Of a stretch of 64,000 nt of DNA, positions 58,712 through 64,000 are shown piece by piece. Position 1 is the stretch's first letter. Each line of letters opens with the position of its first letter. Source of the stretch: an uncultured Marinilabiliaceae bacterium (GTDB taxonomy: Bacteria > Bacteroidota > Bacteroidia > Bacteroidales > Marinilabiliaceae); assembly GCA_964534235.1 (NCBI GenBank), contig CAZHOT010000018.1:2019-66018 (forward strand). The letters are read 5' to 3'. The position numbers were made by a program, and so were the translations under genes. The notes under the pieces were generated by a model. It was given only the letters and a program-made list of their open reading frames with translations, was not told where the DNA came from and made no database searches.

Positions 58712-60283
58712 TCATTCCGTCGCCAGGAGGCCTCGCACCCTGTCGTCGAAGGCGGCGAGCGCGGCCTTGGCCCCCTCTCCCATGGCGACCATGATTTGCT
58801 TATAGGGCACCGTCGAGACGTCTCCGGCGGCATATACACCGGGGATTGCCGTGCGGCAGTGGTCGTCGATGGGGATCTCTCCATTGCCGCTGACCTCCAG
58901 CTCGGCGTGGAAAGGCTTGCTGTTGGCCCTCAGCCCCCTCTTGACGAAGACCCCGGAGACGGGCAGCCGCGAGTCCTGGCCCGTGGCCCTGTCGCGGACG
59001 TTGAGGGCCGTGACGCCCTTTCCGTCGCCCTCGACGCTGAGCGTCTGCCGCGATGTGAGGACCTCGACGTTGGGCAGGCTCCGGGCCTTGTCTTGCAAGA
59101 CCTGGTCGGCCTTGAGCTGGTCCATGAACTCCAAGACGGTGACCTTTCGGCAGATGCCGGCGAGGTCTATGGCGGCCTCGATCCCGCTGTTGCCTCCCCC
59201 GACCACCGCCACGTCGCGCCCGGCGTAGAACGGGCCGTCGCAGTGGGGGCAGAACGCCACCCCCCTGCCGATGTAGTCGGCCTCGCCCTCGACATTGAGC
59301 CTCCGCCATCCGGCGCCCGTGGCAATGATGACGGCCGGGGCGGTGAACGTCTCGCCGCCTTTGACCACGACCCTCTTGACGCCCTCTTTGAGGCTCACGG
59401 CCTCGATTGTCCTATTCTCATAGACCTCGATGGGGTAGCGCCCCAGGTGCTTGCGCAAGTCGTCGGCCAACCGCGCCCCCGTCGTCTCGGGGACCGAGAT
59501 GAGATTCTCGATGCCCACCGTCTCGCGCACCTGCCCGCCGATCCTCTCTGCCACAAGGGCCACTTTCAGCCCCTTGCGCGCCGAGTAGATTGCGGCGGCG
59601 GCGCCCGCCGGCCCGCCGCCCAGGACAAGGACGTCCGCGCCGTGCACCTCGTCGGTCAGCGCGGCCTCCCCGGCCTCGGCGGGGTAGCGCTCCTCCAGCT
59701 TGGCGAGCAGCTCGCCCAGCGAGCCCCGCCCGACGTGGAGCAGCTCTCCGTCGGCGTAGACGGCGGGGACGGCCTGGATGGCCAGTGTCCCGACCTCCTC
59801 CTGGAAGAGGGCCCCGTCGACCATCTCGTGGCTCACGCCGGGGTTGAAGAGCGCCACGACGTTGAGCGCCTGGACGACATCGGGGCAGTTGGTGCAGGTG
59901 AGCGACACGTAGGTCCGGAGGCTCAGCCCGCCTCGCAGAGAGCGGATGCGCCGGACAATGCCGTCATCCGGCAGGTTCTTCCCCTTGCCGTCGGCATTGA
60001 GGACGGCGAGAATGAGCGACGAGAACTCGTGGCCGTTGGGGATGCCCCGGAACACGACGCCCGTCGGCGTCCCGCCCTTGACGAGCGCGAACTCCAGCTT
60101 GCCGGCCTCCGCCTCGTCCCTCTCCACGGCGAGGTGGTCGGACGTCGAGGCGAAGTCGGCAAGGAACTCCAGGAGCGCGTCGCCGTCCTTGGTGCCCGGC
60201 ATGGCCGAGACCTTGAACACGAAAGAGGCCTCTAGCTGGCGGAAGATCTCGCGTACCTGCTGGATGATGGCGTTGTCTAACAT
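58712..60283 (-). CDS. ahpF: Alkyl hydroperoxide reductase subunit F
   Basis: 523 aa. Has the N-terminal CxxC CTNCPD, FAD/NAD motifs VLVLGGGPAGAAAA and the redox-active CPHCDG. Confidence 0.95.
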   Translation of the reverse strand: MLDNAIIQQVREIFRQLEASFVFKVSAMPGTKDGDALLEFLADFASTSDHLAVERDEAEAGKLEFALVKGGTPTGVVFRGIPNGHEFSSLILAVLNADGKGKNLPDDGIVRRIRSLRGGLSLRTYVSLTCTNCPDVVQALNVVALFNPGVSHEMVDGALFQEEVGTLAIQAVPAVYADGELLHVGRGSLGELLAKLEERYPAEAGEAALTDEVHGADVLVLGGGPAGAAAAIYSARKGLKVALVAERIGGQVRETVGIENLISVPETTGARLADDLRKHLGRYPIEVYENRTIEAVSLKEGVKRVVVKGGETFTAPAVIIATGAGWRRLNVEGEADYIGRGVAFCPHCDGPFYAGRDVAVVGGGNSGIEAAIDLAGICRKVTVLEFMDQLKADQVLQDKARSLPNVEVLTSRQTLSVEGDGKGVTALNVRDRATGQDSRLPVSGVFVKRGLRANSKPFHAELEVSGNGEIPIDDHCRTAIPGVYAAGDVSTVPYKQIMVAMGEGAKAALAAFDDRVRGLLATE

Positions 60284-60330
60284 GACTCGGATTGGTTTTT
60301 AGTCTTTTCTTGTCGTGGAATGTGACTCTC

Positions 60331-60897
60331 TCAAATCTTGCCAACGAGGTCGATGCTGGGCTTGAGCGTGTCGTCGCCCTCGTGCCACTTGGCGGGGCAC
60401 ACCTCGCCGGGGTGGTTGGCCACGAAGAGGGCGGCCTGGACCTTGCGCACCAGCTCCTCGGCGTTGCGGCCGATGTTGTTGTCGTGAATCTCGGCCACCT
60501 TGACCCTCCCCTCGGGGTTGACCAGGAAAGTGCCGCGGTAGGCCGTGCCGCTCTCCTCGTCGAGGACTCCGAAGCCGCGGGAGATGACGCCCGTGGGGTC
60601 GGCGAGCATGGGGTAGACAATCTTCCGGATCGTCTCCGAGGCGTCGTGCCACGCCTTGTGGACAAAGTGCGAGTCGGTGCTGACGGAGTAGACCTCGACC
60701 CCGAGGGCCTTGAGCTGGTCGTAGAAGCCCGCCAGGTCGACAAGCTCCGTGGGGCAGACAAAGGTGAAGTCGGCCGGGTAGAAGAAGAAGATGGCCCACT
60801 TGCCCTTGACGTCGTCGCTGGAGACGTCGATGAAGCCGCCGTTGTGGAATCCCTTGACCTTGAACTCGGGTGCCGGCGCGTTGATGATAGGTGTCAT
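60331..60897 (-). CDS. ahpC: Peroxiredoxin AhpC
   Basis: Contains FFFYPADFTFVCPTE (peroxidatic Cys) and EVCPAKW (resolving Cys). Confidence 0.96.
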   Translation of the reverse strand: MTPIINAPAPEFKVKGFHNGGFIDVSSDDVKGKWAIFFFYPADFTFVCPTELVDLAGFYDQLKALGVEVYSVSTDSHFVHKAWHDASETIRKIVYPMLADPTGVISRGFGVLDEESGTAYRGTFLVNPEGRVKVAEIHDNNIGRNAEELVRKVQAALFVANHPGEVCPAKWHEGDDTLKPSIDLVGKI

Positions 60898-61023
60898 AGA
60901 AGTCTTTTTGTTGTTGTTTTAAAAATCTCTCTCTTGCTTTCGCAATGCGAATATAGCCGCGCCGACGCCGCCGAGCCAAAGATTTCCAATTGAAAGACTT
61001 TATAGGCATATTGATAAAACCTA

Positions 61024-61953
61024 TCAGACCAGCGTCTGCGCCGCATCGAGGCGGAGCATGCCCGGCGGCACCGACGCCCTGACGCTCCCGACGAGCGCCC
61101 CCAGGAGCGCCAGCCGGACAAAGTGGCGCGAGGTGAGCAAGACGACCTGGCGCGTCGGGACGGGGATGGCGAACGGGCGAACAAGCTCCCTCTGCGCCTC
61201 GCCGAGCTGCTCGGCGGCGAGGGCCGGGATGAACGTCACACCTATTCCGCTCTCGACCATGCGCATAAAGGTCTCCATGCTCCCGAGGTTGTAGGCCAAC
61301 TGGCTCGTGCGGGCCGACGTCATGTGGCAGAAGCGGACCATCTGGTCGCGGAAGCAGTGCCCCTCGCCCAGGAGCCACAGGTCTTTGCTCTCGGCAAGGT
61401 CGGCCGTGCGTATCTTCTCGCCCCCGAAGAGCGGGCTGGAGCGCGAGACGTAGCCGAGATAGGCCTCGTAGAAGAGCTGCGTCTGCTCGAACTCGTCGAG
61501 CCCGTCGACCGCCGCAATGATTGCGGCGTCGATGTCGCCGGCCGCCAGGGCCTCCAAGACCTCGGACGTCTTCATCTCCCGCGCGCGGATGTCCATCTCG
61601 GGGTGGTCGCGCCGCAGTTGAGGAAAGAAGCGCGGGAGGAGGTAGGGCGCTATGGTGGGCAGGATGCCGAGCCGGAACGTGCCCGCCAGCGAGTGCCGGT
61701 TCTCCACGACGACATCGCGGACCGCGCCGACCTGCGCCATGACCTCGCGCAGTTGGCGGATGACCAGCTCGCCGAGCGGAGTGGGCCGCACCGGCGAGCG
61801 GGCGCGGTCGAAAAGTTTGGCGTCGAGCTCCTCCTCCAGTTTCTGAATCATGGAGCTGAGGGTGGGCTGCGTCACGTGGCACGCCTCGGCGGCCTTGCCG
61901 AAATGCCGGTGGCGGTCGACGGCCAGGACATATTCCATTTGCTGTAGCGTCAT
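61024..61953 (-). CDS. oxyR: LysR-family hydrogen peroxide-inducible transcriptional activator OxyR
   Basis: The HTH is MTLQQMEYVLAVDRHRHFGKAAEACHVTQPTLSSMIQKLE. The redox Cys motif is GEGHCFRDQ. Confidence 0.9.
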   Translation of the reverse strand: MTLQQMEYVLAVDRHRHFGKAAEACHVTQPTLSSMIQKLEEELDAKLFDRARSPVRPTPLGELVIRQLREVMAQVGAVRDVVVENRHSLAGTFRLGILPTIAPYLLPRFFPQLRRDHPEMDIRAREMKTSEVLEALAAGDIDAAIIAAVDGLDEFEQTQLFYEAYLGYVSRSSPLFGGEKIRTADLAESKDLWLLGEGHCFRDQMVRFCHMTSARTSQLAYNLGSMETFMRMVESGIGVTFIPALAAEQLGEAQRELVRPFAIPVPTRQVVLLTSRHFVRLALLGALVGSVRASVPPGMLRLDAAQTLV

Positions 61954-62140
61954 GGCATGAAAGTTTCTTTAGGGAATGAGACGAGGCGCAAGATAGGAAA
62001 TAAGGACGAACAAAAGCGTGACCCGCGCGGCGCGGGACACCAGAGGCCGACAATCTTGCAAGAATAATCGACAAAAACGCAAAGCCTCACTCCCGCATGA
62101 GGCATAACTTAGCGTCGCAAATTCAAAAACATCCATTGCC

Positions 62141-64000
62141 ATGAACAACGAGAAGAGGACATACAGAGTCCTGGGCATGCGCTGCGCGGGGTGCGCCGCC
62201 AACGTCGAGGGCATCGCCAAGCGCCAGCCGGGCGTATGCGCCGCCAGTGTGAACCTGGCCGCCAAGACGCTGACCGTCGAGACGGACGGAAGCCTGGACC
62301 CCGAGGGCCTCCGGCAGGCCATATCGGACGTCGGCTTCGAGATGCTCGACGACGACGAGACGGCCGGACGTCGCGCCGCCGAGGCCGAACGGCGCACCTA
62401 CGCCACGATGCGCCGCGACACAATCGTGGCGTGGGCCCTGGTCGTCGCCGTCGTGGCGCTGAACCTGCTCACGGAGAGCCGCGGCGCCGGGCTGTGGCTC
62501 CAGTGCGCCGCGGCCCTGGCGGCCCTTGTCGTCCCGGGCCGCGCCTTTTTCCGCGGCGCATGGAAGCAGGCCCGCCACGGCTCGACGAACATGGACACCC
62601 TGGTGGCCCTGAGCACCTCGGCCTCGTTCATGTTCAGCCTCGCCGCCTCGGCGGCGCCCGACGACAGCACGGCCTACGGGTCGCGGACATACTACGAGGC
62701 CAACGTCATGATCATAGCCTTTGTCTTGACGGGCAAGATGCTGGAGGAGCGCGCCAAACGCCAGACGCGCACCTCCATAGAGCGGCTCATGCGCCTGCGC
62801 CCCCAGACGGCCCGGGTGGTCCGCGGCGGGCGCGAGCAGACCGTGGCGGCCTCGGAGCTCCGCGCGGGCGACATCATCATCGTCCGCACGGGCGAGCAGG
62901 TAGCCGCCGACGGCGACGTGACAGAGGGCCGCGGGCAGGTCGACGAGAGCATGATCAGCGGCGAGCCGCTCCCGGTGGAGAAAGAGCCCGGGAGCCGCGT
63001 CAAGGCCGGGACGACGAACCGCGACGGCGCGTTCCGGATGCGCGCCACGACGGTGGGGCGGCAGACGACCCTGGCCCGCATCATAGCCACAGTGCGCGAG
63101 GCGCAGGGGAGCAAAGCCCCCGCCCAGCGCCTGGCCGACAAGGCCATAGGCGTCTTCGTACCGGCGGTCATCTCGTTGTCGCTCCTGACCCTGTGCGCAT
63201 GGACCGGCGTGGGCGGCGACCTCCCGGGCGGCGTGGGCGCGGCCGTGGCTGTGCTGGTCATAGCGTGCCCCTGCGCCCTGGGGCTGGCCACGCCCACGGC
63301 CATAATGGTCGGCATAGGGCGCGCCGCCGACGAGCACATCCTCATAAAAGACGCGACAGCCCTGGAGGAGCTGCGGCGGGCGGACACCATGGTGTTCGAC
63401 AAGACGGGGACCCTGACCGAGGGGCGCCCGAGCGTGGAGGAATGGGAGTGGACAGCCGCCGCGCGGGGCCGCGAGGCGGAGCTCACGGCCGTGGCCCTTG
63501 CCGCCGAGGGGCGCTCGACGCACCCCCTGGCCGTGGCCATAGCGGAATGGATTGGGCGCGAGAGACCCACCTCTTCGGCCGCGGCCGACGAATATGCCAA
63601 CGTGGCGGGCCGTGGCGTGAGGCTGACCGCCGGGGGCAAAGAGTATTGGATGGGCAACGCGCGCATGGCGGGCGAGATGGGCGCCGAGCCGGGCTACACG
63701 CCGACGACATGCAGCGTGGTCTACATGGGCCAAGGGCCCCGCCTCCTCGCCACTGTGACCCTGCGCGACAGGGTCAAGGCGAGCGCGGCTGCGGCCGTGG
63801 GCGAGCTGAAGAAGATGGGGGTCCGCACGGCGATGCTTACGGGCGACCGCCGCGCGGCGGCGGAGGAGATTGCCGCACAGACGGGTATGGACGAGGTCGT
63901 GGCGGAGGCCGCCCCGGAGGCCAAACTTGAATATGTCCGCCGCAAGCAGTCCGAGGGGCGGCGCGTGGCGATGGTGGGCGACGGCATAAACGACTCGCCG
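62141..64000 (+). CDS. copA: Copper-translocating P1B-type ATPase, 5' part (runs off the window)
   Basis: Not in the ORF track because there is no stop in the window. The frame from the ATG at 62141 gives MNNEKRTYRVLGMRCAGCAANVEG (HMA GMxCxxC), CPCALGLATP near 63260, DKTGTLT at 63398 and GDGINDSP at the window end. Confidence 0.92.
   Translation, partial: MNNEKRTYRVLGMRCAGCAANVEGIAKRQPGVCAASVNLAAKTLTVETDGSLDPEGLRQAISDVGFEMLDDDETAGRRAAEAERRTYATMRRDTIVAWALVVAVVALNLLTESRGAGLWLQCAAALAALVVPGRAFFRGAWKQARHGSTNMDTLVALSTSASFMFSLAASAAPDDSTAYGSRTYYEANVMIIAFVLTGKMLEERAKRQTRTSIERLMRLRPQTARVVRGGREQTVAASELRAGDIIIVRTGEQVAADGDVTEGRGQVDESMISGEPLPVEKEPGSRVKAGTTNRDGAFRMRATTVGRQTTLARIIATVREAQGSKAPAQRLADKAIGVFVPAVISLSLLTLCAWTGVGGDLPGGVGAAVAVLVIACPCALGLATPTAIMVGIGRAADEHILIKDATALEELRRADTMVFDKTGTLTEGRPSVEEWEWTAAARGREAELTAVALAAEGRSTHPLAVAIAEWIGRERPTSSAAADEYANVAGRGVRLTAGGKEYWMGNARMAGEMGAEPGYTPTTCSVVYMGQGPRLLATVTLRDRVKASAAAAVGELKKMGVRTAMLTGDRRAAAEEIAAQTGMDEVVAEAAPEAKLEYVRRKQSEGRRVAMVGDGINDSP

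Overview
This is a high-GC chromosomal segment that looks Bacteroidota/Bacteroidales-like. The evidence is TAnnTTTG-type -7 boxes, no Shine-Dalgarno sequences, T9SS C-terminal sorting tails, many GH92/GH130 genes, and a Bacteroidetes-style ribosomal protein operon. Everything below comes from reading the sequence and ORF track by eye; no searches were run.

Layout, left to right:
1. 1-216: the truncated 5' end of an AAA-ATPase-like gene (minus strand).
2. 462-14518 (+): a high-mannose N-glycan catabolic block of AmpG-type MFS permease, GH20 hexosaminidase, GH130 phosphorylase, GH92, a GH92-GH125 fusion, and GH92. A two-gene cassette of unknown function (4044-5098) interrupts it and is bracketed by paralogous repeat-rich spacers.
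3. 14520-15120: a repeat-dense non-coding junction with REP-like double hairpins, CCTAGG-phased repeats and homopolymer tracts.
4. 15056-17969 (-): a visibly lower-GC restriction-modification island with an EcoRV-like endonuclease, an M.EcoRV/Dam-like m6A methyltransferase, and an extra m5C methyltransferase.
5. 18123-23660 (-): TrpB2, DUF2795, an OstA-like protein and two SurA-type chaperones.
6. 23793-41350 (-): the complete rpsL-rpsG-fusA-S10-spc-alpha ribosomal cluster, which lacks map.
7. 41687-64000: housekeeping and envelope genes. These are gap, ldhA, a 907-aa GLUG-repeat T9SS protein, GH53, NlpC/P60, GH73-LysM, a degenerate LepB paralog plus LepB, dapB, a CaCA antiporter, TlpA, HU, proS, a DMT protein, oxyR-ahpC-ahpF and a truncated copA.

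No rRNA, tRNA, CRISPR array or transposase gene was seen. I did not find a clear, complete novel multi-gene system. The most unusual material is the family of structured intergenic repeats at the two accessory junctions, the repeat-bracketed cassette inside the glycan locus, the GH92-GH125 fusion, and the three-gene R-M island. Many long ORFs in the supplied track are antisense shadow ORFs typical of high-GC DNA and were not called.
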